Shown here in pieces: positions 51,176 through 59,817 of a stretch of DNA of 64,000 nt. A program made the translations under genes and the position numbers. The notes below the pieces were generated by a model. That model was not told the DNA's origin and did not search any database. It worked only from the letters and a program-made list of their open reading frames with translations. Position 1 is the stretch's first letter. Each line of letters opens with the position of its first letter. The stretch spans positions 186,001-250,000 of the forward strand of contig NZ_MWQY01000003.1 in assembly GCF_002087085.1 (NCBI RefSeq), written 5' to 3'.

Positions 51176-51951
51176 ACCACGACAGGCACTGCAGGAGCAC
51201 CACGGAGCCAGGGTCCCCCGTTTCCTGTGTGGTGCTTTTCGTGAATGTCGTGGTTAAAATCCTTATTTTCGAAAATGCTCAAACCACTACAGACACAACA
51301 GGACCACGACATTTTTTATGGTTCTGATTCCCTCTGTCGTGGTTTAATCTTCCTTTAATTCACTCCTTCAAGGTTTTTTCATTCTACCAGCCGTCTTGCC
51401 GCCGTCAAGGGCCACGGCAAGCGGGCCTTCCGGCCCGCCCTTGACTGCGGCTGCAACGGTCCGGGGACAAACAGGTAAAACCTTGAAGGAGGCTTTGCCA
51501 TGTTGTATCCGGAATTGTCAAAACTCATCCTGGATTCCGCTTTTGCTGTTCACAGGTCGCTTGGTCCGGGGCTGCTGGAGCTGCCCTACCACAATGCTTT
51601 GTATTATGAACTTGCCGGTAATAATCTGCAGGTTGGCTATAACGCTCCGTTTAATGTTTACTACCGTGGTTATACGGTAGGGGAGTATTTTGCAGACCTC
51701 CTGGTAAACGGTACTGTCATTCTGGAGGTCAAAGCGGTCTCCGCACTGGGCACTGAACCTTCAGCCCAGCTGTTAAACTACCTGCATATTTCAGGCTGCA
51801 GGCTGGGTTTTCTGCTCAATTTTGCCCCTCAAAGGCTTGAGTTTAAGCGGCTGGTTTTGTAGGCCGGAAAGGGTAACTACGACGGACACTACGGGAGCAC
51901 GATATTTCTGAAGACTTTATCCTTGGTAGTGGTTTCCGTGAAAGTCGTGGT
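51176..51951 (+). repeat. Copy B of the ~775-bp duplication
   Basis: Aligns to 49608-50382. Confidence 0.88.
51500..51862 (+). CDS. GxxExxY protein, copy 2
   Basis: 112/120 aa identical to copy 1 (manual count). Confidence 0.92.
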   Translation: MLYPELSKLILDSAFAVHRSLGPGLLELPYHNALYYELAGNNLQVGYNAPFNVYYRGYTVGEYFADLLVNGTVILEVKAVSALGTEPSAQLLNYLHISGCRLGFLLNFAPQRLEFKRLVL

Positions 51952-52274
51952 CTGAAAATTAAGTCAGAAGAGGTTTAAACCACTACATTCACGACAGGAG
52001 CACGACAGATTTATGGTTCCCGTTTCCTTTGTAGTGCTGGTAGTGGATATTGTGGTTCCTGTTTCACCGCGCTATTCCCACTAATAATCAAGAATATGCC
52101 ATCCCGCAGCGATGTTTTTATCCTTCTTCTTTTCATCTGAGAGATAGACCTTAATGTTGATGTCAGGTTTTTTTATTGACGCACGGCGATAGAGAACATA
52201 CAGTTTTACCAGACGTGATCTGCCTTCCGGCTTGCTGCGTCCGGAAAAAATAGCCACAGGAGGAATCCTGCGTT

Positions 52275-53264
52275 ATGCAATCCGAAAACCCGAATAATCT
52301 TCTTCTTGATTCCAGAGTAAAAGGCGGCATTTTCGGCCTTGCTATAGGCGACGCTTTGGGGGTGCCCGTCGAATTTATACATCGGGAGAAAATAACCCGT
52401 TCCCCGGTACGCGGCATGCAAGGATACGGGACCCATAATCAGCCCCCGGGGACCTGGTCCGATGATACCTCAATGGCACTGTGTATTCTTGAGTCAGTCA
52501 CCAAAATAGGCTGGAACATTGACGACCAGGCAATGCGTTTTGTCCGCTGGTACAAAGAAGCGCATCTGACCGCCCATGATGCTGTTTTTGATATAGGGAT
52601 AGCGACAGCACAGGCTATTGATCGTATAGCAGCCGGGTACGCACCACTTGAAGCGGGAAGCAGGGATGAAAACTCTAACGGCAACGGATCGCTGATGCGC
52701 AGCCTGCCGGCCGCCGTCTACTGCGCGGTTACCTGCGGTGATGAAAAGTTGGTGGAAGAAGTCGCGAACTCATCGGCCATCACCCACGCCCATCCCCGGA
52801 GCAGACTGGGCTGCGTTATCCACGCGTTTTTAATCTCAGAGCTGCTGAAAAGTAAGCGGATCGATGCCGCCCTCATCGGGGCGGCCAAACGGGTTGAATC
52901 GGTGCTTGAATCCTGTATTCTTTTTTCCGACATGAAGCAGGAGCTGCAGCACTATCATTCCATACTGTATGACAACCTGGAACTCGCTGAATCGTCCGAA
53001 ATACGGTCAAGCGGATACGTGGTAGACACCCTGGAAGCAGCGGTCTGGTGTCTTCTTACAAGTTCAGGCTTTGAAGAATGCGTCCTCAAGGCAGTGAACC
53101 TGGGGGACGATACGGACACGGTGGGCGCGGTTGCAGGAGGCCTTGCAGGAATTTACTGGGGGTATGAAAGTATTCCGTCTGAGTGGATTGAAACTTTGGC
53201 GAAGCATGAGATGATCGGGGCGATGGCGGAGGAGTTTGTTGGTGTTTTAAACTGTTCTCAGTAA
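52275..53264 (+). CDS. ADP-ribosylglycohydrolase (DraG/ARH family)
   Basis: GDALG, WSDDT, GNGSLMR, THAH, GDDTDT motifs. Confidence 0.92.
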   Translation: MQSENPNNLLLDSRVKGGIFGLAIGDALGVPVEFIHREKITRSPVRGMQGYGTHNQPPGTWSDDTSMALCILESVTKIGWNIDDQAMRFVRWYKEAHLTAHDAVFDIGIATAQAIDRIAAGYAPLEAGSRDENSNGNGSLMRSLPAAVYCAVTCGDEKLVEEVANSSAITHAHPRSRLGCVIHAFLISELLKSKRIDAALIGAAKRVESVLESCILFSDMKQELQHYHSILYDNLELAESSEIRSSGYVVDTLEAAVWCLLTSSGFEECVLKAVNLGDDTDTVGAVAGGLAGIYWGYESIPSEWIETLAKHEMIGAMAEEFVGVLNCSQ

Positions 53265-53424
53265 ATGATACTTCATTTGCGTTAGGAAAATCCCCTAATC
53301 ATTTCGTTATACTTAACTTTATAAGTTCAGAAAGATTACTCTTTCTTTTATAAAGATACTTCATTTTCATTGACTTAATAGTGGACAGTTGAATTACAGC
53401 ATATTAGTAGTGTATTGTCATCTT

Positions 53425-54438
53425 GTGGGAACTACAATCAAGGATATGGCTAGAATTTTAGGTGTTTCTCATTCTACAGTATCGCGTGCACTTAGAGATA
53501 GTCCTGAAATTGGTCCTTTGATGAAGCAGAAAGTACGAGATTTGGCGTTAAATCTAAACTATCGCCCTAATGCTTTTGCTCGTAATTTAGTTCGGCAAAA
53601 GTCTGAACATATTGGAATTATTATCCCAGATATAGAAAATCCTTTTTATGCTTCACTATGCAAAAGAATTATTCGGTTCTTTGAAAATAATAATTATAAA
53701 ACAATAATCTGCAATTCTGATCGTGATACAACTAAAGAAAAATCTCACATTGAATACTTAGAAGAATTACAAGTTGCTGGCATTTTAATGGTTCCCGCCG
53801 ATGTTAATCAGGAATCTTTTATGCATTTAACTACTTCCGGGGTGCCCTTAGTTCTAATTGATCATGACGGTACAAAAGAAAAAATTGATTCCGTAATGGG
53901 AAATAACTTCATTGGTGCATGTATAGCGGTAAAACATTTGATATCTTTGGGTTATACCAAGATTGCGCATATTTCCGGACCAGAAAATGCTGATCCTAGT
54001 CTTGCTCGTTTGAAAGGTTATTTACATGTTGTATCAGAATTTTTTTCAACTGATTTCGAACCTATTATTATACATTCTGACTCGACATTTACTGGAGGCT
54101 ATGAAGCTTCTAAATCGTTGTTTTCAGGTAAATATGATTTTGATGCGGTCTTCACGGTAAATGACGTTACAGCTCTTTCTCTATTACAGGTCGTAAATGA
54201 ACGCGGATTGAGAGTGCCATATGATGTTTCCGTTGTTGGTTTCGATGATATTTCTATGGCTCGTATGGCATCTGTTCCTCTAACAACTATGCGACAAGTA
54301 CCAGAAGACATAGCACGCGAGGCCGGTAACATTTTATTGGATAAAATGCAAACAGGCTACTCTGATTCTCAGAGAAACATCTTTTTAACCCCAGAGTTAA
54401 TTATCCGAGACTCCTGTGGTTCTAAATTAAGAGTATGA
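53425..54438 (+). CDS. LacI-family transcriptional regulator
   Basis: TIKDMARILGVSHSTVSRAL HTH, YRPNAFARNL hinge, VVGFDD; GTG 53425 is the likely start. Confidence 0.93.
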   Translation: MGTTIKDMARILGVSHSTVSRALRDSPEIGPLMKQKVRDLALNLNYRPNAFARNLVRQKSEHIGIIIPDIENPFYASLCKRIIRFFENNNYKTIICNSDRDTTKEKSHIEYLEELQVAGILMVPADVNQESFMHLTTSGVPLVLIDHDGTKEKIDSVMGNNFIGACIAVKHLISLGYTKIAHISGPENADPSLARLKGYLHVVSEFFSTDFEPIIIHSDSTFTGGYEASKSLFSGKYDFDAVFTVNDVTALSLLQVVNERGLRVPYDVSVVGFDDISMARMASVPLTTMRQVPEDIAREAGNILLDKMQTGYSDSQRNIFLTPELIIRDSCGSKLRV

Positions 54439-54491
54439 CTAATTTTGGTAAATTCACAGATAGACTTTAAAAGTTATTGTCTTATCCTATA

Positions 54492-55583
54492 TTATATTCT
54501 TCCTACCGCTCCAAAGTTAACCAACAATTGGCCAACAATTTCTTTAGTTCCTAATTCTATCTTTTGACAAATCTTCTTCTCAAATTCGTCAGCAGCATCG
54601 CCTGTCAATAGCATTTCTTTTACTGGCGCCAAGATCTTACGGAAGTCAATTTCATGAGAATTCTCCTGTAAATATGTAAATATTTTTGATTCTATATTTC
54701 CTTTGTTCTTTTCCGACATTATTAATTCTCTTATATTTCGTGTTATGCTTAACCTCATGTCAGTGTCTATATTTATTTTCCCAACTCCCTCTTTTATAGC
54801 GCTTTTTAATTCATCGACATCTATACCTTCTGCTTTCACAAGATCGCCACCATTTTTATTGATATCTTCGACAATATACTTGGGAACAGTTGAACTACCG
54901 TGAGAAACAAGAACTGTACGTAAACCTGAGTGTAGCAGGTTCTCTCTTGCAGCAGTAATTATCTCTTTTCTAAGCTTTACATTACTCCCTTTATTTACCC
55001 CATGCTTTGTGCCAAAAGATAGGGCCAAACAATCAATTCCAGTTTTTTTTACAAAATCTGTCACCAACATAGGGTTTGTATATGTGCTTGTTTCAGAGAA
55101 AATATTCTCTTCTTCGCCTGCTAAAATTCCAAGTTCCGCTTCAACAGTAACATCGTAAGGTTTAGCTAACCTCTTAACTTCTCGAGTGATGTCAACATTT
55201 TCTTTATATGGTAGATTTGAAGCATCAATCATAACAGATGTAAACCCATTCTCTATCAGCATTTTAATGGTATCTAAGTCTTTTACATGGTCAGCATTTA
55301 AGGCTACAGGAATGGAATACGCATGTTTCAATTTCTCAATCATCGATATAACATTCTTTGCACCAAACTCTTTTTCATCTAAAGTTGAATTGTTCATATC
55401 CTTTGCTGAACCTAGAAAACTAATTGCTATCATACCTATCTGAATGATCGCTGGAGTACGAAAAACTTCATGAATATCAAGTGCAGCTTTTAACTGTTGA
55501 AAACATGTAATGTTAAAAGCACCATGCGCATATCGTTTTTCAATAGTGGGTTCAAGTATTTGGTACATCGGTACAAGGTTCAT
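54492..55583 (-). CDS. Class II ketose-bisphosphate aldolase
   Basis: GAFN, ADH, GFTSVMIDAS, EAELG, GTKHG, HGSS, KINIDT. Confidence 0.9.
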   Translation of the reverse strand: MNLVPMYQILEPTIEKRYAHGAFNITCFQQLKAALDIHEVFRTPAIIQIGMIAISFLGSAKDMNNSTLDEKEFGAKNVISMIEKLKHAYSIPVALNADHVKDLDTIKMLIENGFTSVMIDASNLPYKENVDITREVKRLAKPYDVTVEAELGILAGEEENIFSETSTYTNPMLVTDFVKKTGIDCLALSFGTKHGVNKGSNVKLRKEIITAARENLLHSGLRTVLVSHGSSTVPKYIVEDINKNGGDLVKAEGIDVDELKSAIKEGVGKINIDTDMRLSITRNIRELIMSEKNKGNIESKIFTYLQENSHEIDFRKILAPVKEMLLTGDAADEFEKKICQKIELGTKEIVGQLLVNFGAVGRI

Positions 55584-55604
55584 ATTTACTCCATTTCTTT
55601 TTGA

Positions 55605-56522
55605 TCAGGATAGGGACATCTTTTCTTTTTTTATAGTAAATTCTTGGACTTCTTCGAGAGTTGGAATCCCTTTTTGTCCTCCAACAGTTTGACAATTTAT
55701 AGCGGCACAGGCATTAGCAAATCGTACCGTTTTTTTTAGATCATATCCCTTCCATAGAGCGAATATAAAAGCGCCATGAAAGACGTCACCTGCCCCCGTT
55801 GAGTCTATTACATTTACCTTATAAGCAGGTATATTTTCGATACCATCTTTTTTTATTATGTAAGATCCCTTCTCGCCACAAGTCACTATTAAAGCTTTGT
55901 TACCATTCTGCAGCAACGATTTCCCAGCCTCGATTGGGTCGCTAATATTTGTGTATGAACATAGAAAAAGCTCAGACAAGACTGGGTAATCAATATATTT
56001 TAAATACTCAGTTAACCTTGGATCACGATTTTTAGGACTCAAATCTGTTACAGTCACAATATTCATTTTCCTAGCTTTTATTGCTGCCTTTAGCGCTGTC
56101 TCAAAGAAGAACCCATCAAATAGCATATGCGAAACATTCTCATAATTTATTTTATTTATGTTCAAATTTGATAGTCCATTAACACCTTTATAATGTATAA
56201 AGCTTCGTCTTCCTGTAGAGGAATGTATTAATACTAAAGTGACTGCACTTCTGTTTTCATTGCTAATCATTACATTGTCGCATTTAATACCAAACCTATT
56301 AAAGTTTTCTAAATGAGACATTCCTTCGGTATCATTACCGATTGCACTAATAATTTCTGTATCAGCTCCCAGTTTCGCAGCTGTTACCAATCCAGTTGCA
56401 ACCATTCCACCTTGTTGGACTTGATATTCTTCAATGTATTCCACTTCCTCCCAAGCTGGCATATTTGGTATTACTGAAAGAATATCGTATGCGATTCCAC
56501 CGAGTCCTAAAATCCGTTTCAT
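55605..56522 (-). CDS. PfkB-family carbohydrate kinase
   Basis: GGMVAT..AAKLG and DSTGAGDVFHG signatures. Confidence 0.9.
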   Translation of the reverse strand: MKRILGLGGIAYDILSVIPNMPAWEEVEYIEEYQVQQGGMVATGLVTAAKLGADTEIISAIGNDTEGMSHLENFNRFGIKCDNVMISNENRSAVTLVLIHSSTGRRSFIHYKGVNGLSNLNINKINYENVSHMLFDGFFFETALKAAIKARKMNIVTVTDLSPKNRDPRLTEYLKYIDYPVLSELFLCSYTNISDPIEAGKSLLQNGNKALIVTCGEKGSYIIKKDGIENIPAYKVNVIDSTGAGDVFHGAFIFALWKGYDLKKTVRFANACAAINCQTVGGQKGIPTLEEVQEFTIKKEKMSLS

Positions 56523-56544
56523 TTAGTTCAGTCCTTTCTTATCC

Positions 56545-57384
56545 CTATTGCTTTACGGCACCAGCGACCAAGCCGCTCTTAAAAGACTTTTGAGCTATGA
56601 AGTACAAGAAAAATGTCGGAATAACTGATAGTGTGGCGGCTGCCATTAAACGTCCCCAGGCAAAATCATCTTCGACAATCCATTGAACTATACCTGCTGG
56701 TATGGTCATGCTTTTTGAGCTAGTCACAAAAACAAGGGCATATAGGAATTCGTTCCAACAAAGGGTAAAAGAATATAGAGCAACTACTGCAATGCCAGGC
56801 AACGATAGTGGTACAAAAATTTTGGTTAGTATTTGAGGTTTTGTACAACCATCCAATACAGCAGCCTCATCTAGACTTTGAGGAATAGTTGAAAAATAGC
56901 CATAGAGCATCCATGTACAAAAGGGAATAGTAGCACTTAGGTACGAAACTATTAATGCATATAGAGTATTTTGTATACCTGCCCTTGTTATTAAAAAGAA
57001 TAAAGGGATGAATAAAATAGCAGCAGGTATTAAATAACTTGCTATTATGCTTCTTGCAATAAAGATCCTCCCTGGAAACTTTAAGCGAGTAATTGCATAA
57101 GCACTCATGGTAGAAAAAACAATTGAAAACAATGTTACAGTCACACCTACAATCATAGAATTCTTCATATACTGAATAAAGTTTCCACGATTTATTACAT
57201 CTTGAAAGTTCTCAAGACTCCAGTTTTGTGGAAAAATCGTTACATTTCCTGCATAAAAATCTGCAGAAGGTCTAAATGCCGTAAAAAGAATCCATATAAT
57301 GGGAAAAACAGCCCAGAGGATACATATAATGACCAATAACAAAAATAAAATTTTCCTTACCGCATTGTATTTCTTGTAATCCAT
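56545..57384 (-). CDS. Carbohydrate ABC permease (MalG-like)
   Basis: EAA loop (LDEAAVLDG), WNEF. Confidence 0.92.
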   Translation of the reverse strand: MDYKKYNAVRKILFLLLVIICILWAVFPIIWILFTAFRPSADFYAGNVTIFPQNWSLENFQDVINRGNFIQYMKNSMIVGVTVTLFSIVFSTMSAYAITRLKFPGRIFIARSIIASYLIPAAILFIPLFFLITRAGIQNTLYALIVSYLSATIPFCTWMLYGYFSTIPQSLDEAAVLDGCTKPQILTKIFVPLSLPGIAVVALYSFTLCWNEFLYALVFVTSSKSMTIPAGIVQWIVEDDFAWGRLMAAATLSVIPTFFLYFIAQKSFKSGLVAGAVKQ

Positions 57385-57406
57385 AAACTCTTCCTTCTAA
57401 CCAGAA

Positions 57407-58312
57407 TTAATCATTTTTTAGCATGGTGCGAGTAAGGTACACAGTTAATACTGCAAAGACTGGAATTGCGGTAATTGAAACTGCCGACGCAAGAGAAATA
57501 TTTCTCATTTCTATGCCATATTTAAAAGTTAGAGTAGAAAGTATGTGAGTCATACCACCTGGACCACCACCAGTCATTGAATAAACATACTGAAATTGAT
57601 TAAAAGTCCATATAAATGACAGTAACATCGTTGTTATGATGATGTTAGTTAAACTTGGAAGGGTAATATAAAAGAACTTGTGTATTTTATTTCCCCCATC
57701 TATTTCTACCGCTTCATAAAGTTCCTTTGGTATTGTTACTAACCCAGCCAAAAGCATCATTGTATAAAACGGATAACCTTGCCAGGTCGCAGCTATAATC
57801 ACACTAATCATTGCGAACCTTGGATCAGAAAGCCAGTATATAGGTTCACTAGCTAAGCTATATTTAGCTAAAAGGATATTAAAAAAACCATTATAATCAT
57901 CAAAGATCCAGCGCCATGTTAACGCGGCAATATATGGAGAGATCGCCCAGGGTAAAATAATCAAAACCCTGACAGCACCCTTGAATGGAAAATTAGCATT
58001 TAGCAAAATAGCAGTTATTAGACCAATAAAAAACTTTAAAATAACTGAAGAAAAAGTATAGTAAAATGAATTACCAAAGGCACGCCAAAATTCAGCACTT
58101 TGAAATAATGTATAGAAATTTGATAGACCGATAAAATTCCCCTGACCACCCAAGCTCTTATTTGTAAAAGAGATCCAAATTGCTGTTAAAAATGGATATA
58201 ATATAACCAGCAATAAAATAGTTATTGTTGGTAGAATGAATAGATACGCAGTACGTATATCGCGGTACCTTTGTATTTCGAACAAATTTCTTGGAACAGA
58301 TGGAATTACCAT
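57407..58312 (-). CDS. Carbohydrate ABC permease (MalF-like)
   Basis: FIGLSNF, ELYEAVEIDG, ITLP motifs. Confidence 0.92.
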   Translation of the reverse strand: MVIPSVPRNLFEIQRYRDIRTAYLFILPTITILLLVILYPFLTAIWISFTNKSLGGQGNFIGLSNFYTLFQSAEFWRAFGNSFYYTFSSVILKFFIGLITAILLNANFPFKGAVRVLIILPWAISPYIAALTWRWIFDDYNGFFNILLAKYSLASEPIYWLSDPRFAMISVIIAATWQGYPFYTMMLLAGLVTIPKELYEAVEIDGGNKIHKFFYITLPSLTNIIITTMLLSFIWTFNQFQYVYSMTGGGPGGMTHILSTLTFKYGIEMRNISLASAVSITAIPVFAVLTVYLTRTMLKND

Positions 58313-58335
58313 TTTTTTCCCCGATATCCATAATT

Positions 58336-58369
58336 TGGCAAAGTCGATTTATAAAAATCGACTTTGCCA
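58336..58369. terminator. Intercistronic stem-loop after the solute-binding gene
   Basis: Perfect 15-bp inverted repeat TGGCAAAGTCGATTT-ATAA-AAATCGACTTTGCCA. Confidence 0.6.
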
Positions 58370-58408
58370 TAATCGAAAACTTTTCTATAATTTATAAAGT
58401 CAATTTTT

Positions 58409-59692
58409 TTAAAACTTTGCTGCTATTTCTTTAAAGGCTTTATCTGCGTTTCTTACTGCCTCTTCTGGTGACATACCGCGTACTATCATATCAGAAAATG
58501 CTTTTGTAAGGATTCGCTGAACAAGCATTTCTGAAGCAGCGGCACTTGCTGGTCCCTTATAACCAACAACTTTAGCCTCTTCCAACATTTTACCTAAGTC
58601 TTCGAATTTCGGGTTGCTATTCCAAAAGGGTGTATCTATTAAATCCCTATATACAGGCAGATAGCGCGATCCGGCTGATTCAATTATTTTATTATAATTA
58701 TCAACCTGATAAAGGTATCTCAATGCATCTTTTGCCAGCTCATGCTTTTTAGAGTCTTTCGGTAGTGACACCGCCCAACATGCAGTTAGATTTGCACGTG
58801 TTCCTCTGGGGCCAGCAGGCATTCTCGAGAGTACCGTATTTTCATGCAAAGTATCATCATTTTCTTTTATCCATCTGTAAACACTACCAGGATTGATAAT
58901 GAATGCTGTTTGCTTCATCTGGTATGCCTGGTTATTACTACTATCATTCCAGGTAGTAGCGCCCTTGGGGATCGTTTCATCCTCTTCATACATTTTTTTA
59001 ATTAGTCTAAATACCTCTAAAGTTTCCGGTGAATTAAAAACAACTTGTCCATTTTCATTAAAAATATACGAATCGAAAGCCCACATGATTATTCTTGTTG
59101 AGAATTCTGTATCATTTATTTCGGAAAGAGGATGTCCAAAAGCTGGTATGTTGTATTTTTCCTTAATTTTAACAGAAATCCTCGCGATATCATCCCAAGT
59201 TTGTGGGAGTTCTTCACCAACACCCTTTACTAAATCCTCTCGGACATAGAAAAAATAGATATCATTCTGAAACGGAACACCATACAGTTCATCTTCGTGT
59301 TGAAGTACTGGGAGAACTCCATCGAACATTCCACCACCACGTTTATTAAGCTCTTGAAAGAAATCATCCAATGGTGTGAGGACTCCTTGCGTTGCATAAT
59401 ACTTACAAAAATCTCCATCGAAAGTAATAACATCGGGAACATTCCCAGTTTCAAAAGCAGCAGCGAATTTCTCTTTTTGAACTTCTGAGGTGATTGTCGT
59501 GTATTCTACTTCTACGTTGTTCTGCTCACCCCATTCCTTGAGAATTTCTTCGATTAACTCATCGGTTGCCCTGTCCTGCGCTTGCTTACCCCAGAAAACA
59601 AGTGTTTCTTTATCTGATTCCTCTTGTCCTCCAGCAAAAAGCAAACCCATCGCAATTATTACGACTAGACATACTGTTAATAACTTCTTCAT
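58409..59692 (-). CDS. Sugar ABC transporter substrate-binding protein
   Basis: Spirochaete-type signal (LFAGGQEE), PDV, LYGVP, PQTWDD motifs. Confidence 0.9.
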   Translation of the reverse strand: MKKLLTVCLVVIIAMGLLFAGGQEESDKETLVFWGKQAQDRATDELIEEILKEWGEQNNVEVEYTTITSEVQKEKFAAAFETGNVPDVITFDGDFCKYYATQGVLTPLDDFFQELNKRGGGMFDGVLPVLQHEDELYGVPFQNDIYFFYVREDLVKGVGEELPQTWDDIARISVKIKEKYNIPAFGHPLSEINDTEFSTRIIMWAFDSYIFNENGQVVFNSPETLEVFRLIKKMYEEDETIPKGATTWNDSSNNQAYQMKQTAFIINPGSVYRWIKENDDTLHENTVLSRMPAGPRGTRANLTACWAVSLPKDSKKHELAKDALRYLYQVDNYNKIIESAGSRYLPVYRDLIDTPFWNSNPKFEDLGKMLEEAKVVGYKGPASAAASEMLVQRILTKAFSDMIVRGMSPEEAVRNADKAFKEIAAKF

Positions 59693-59712
59693 CCTGGTTT
59701 CCTCCTTGGATT

Positions 59713-59767
59713 ACGGACACGTGTCCGTTAGTGAATTTATGGTAAACGCAAACGTGTGCGCTGTCAA
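59713..59767 (-). promoter_or_regulatory. Sugar-operon promoter with two LacI-type operators
   Basis: TTGACA-N17-TACCAT (59767-59739); perfect palindrome ACGGACACGTGTCCGT at 59713-59728; imperfect CGCAAACGTGTGCG at 59747-59760. Confidence 0.75.
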
Positions 59768-59817
59768 GAAATAATTTTATTAGTTTTAAATACATTTTTA
59801 CCGCTGGATAGTGTAAA

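Larger units (their letters stand above)
49024..52057. repeat. Array of REP-like inverted-repeat units
   Basis: Units at 49069-49147, 49608-49684, 49711-49772, 50305-50382, 51175-51255, 51282-51344, 51875-51951, 51978-52057, plus a half unit at 49024-49041; left-arm consensus AACCACKACRGNCACKACRGGANCACGACA; all intergenic. Confidence 0.88.

Noticed and set aside
49608..51951. Diversity-generating retroelement TR/VR pair
   Set aside because: Differences are mostly synonymous third-position changes of all types, not adenine-specific; no reverse transcriptase.
49024..52057. CRISPR array
   Set aside because: Units are degenerate inverted pairs interrupted by whole genes, not identical direct repeats with unique spacers; no cas genes in the window.
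49024..52057. Classical integron attC cassette array
   Set aside because: Ends often read AAC...GTT but do not fit RYYYAAC/GTTRRRY, units occur in doublets, and the nearby integrase is tied to the tRNA att sites rather than being IntI-like. An IntegronFinder run would settle it.
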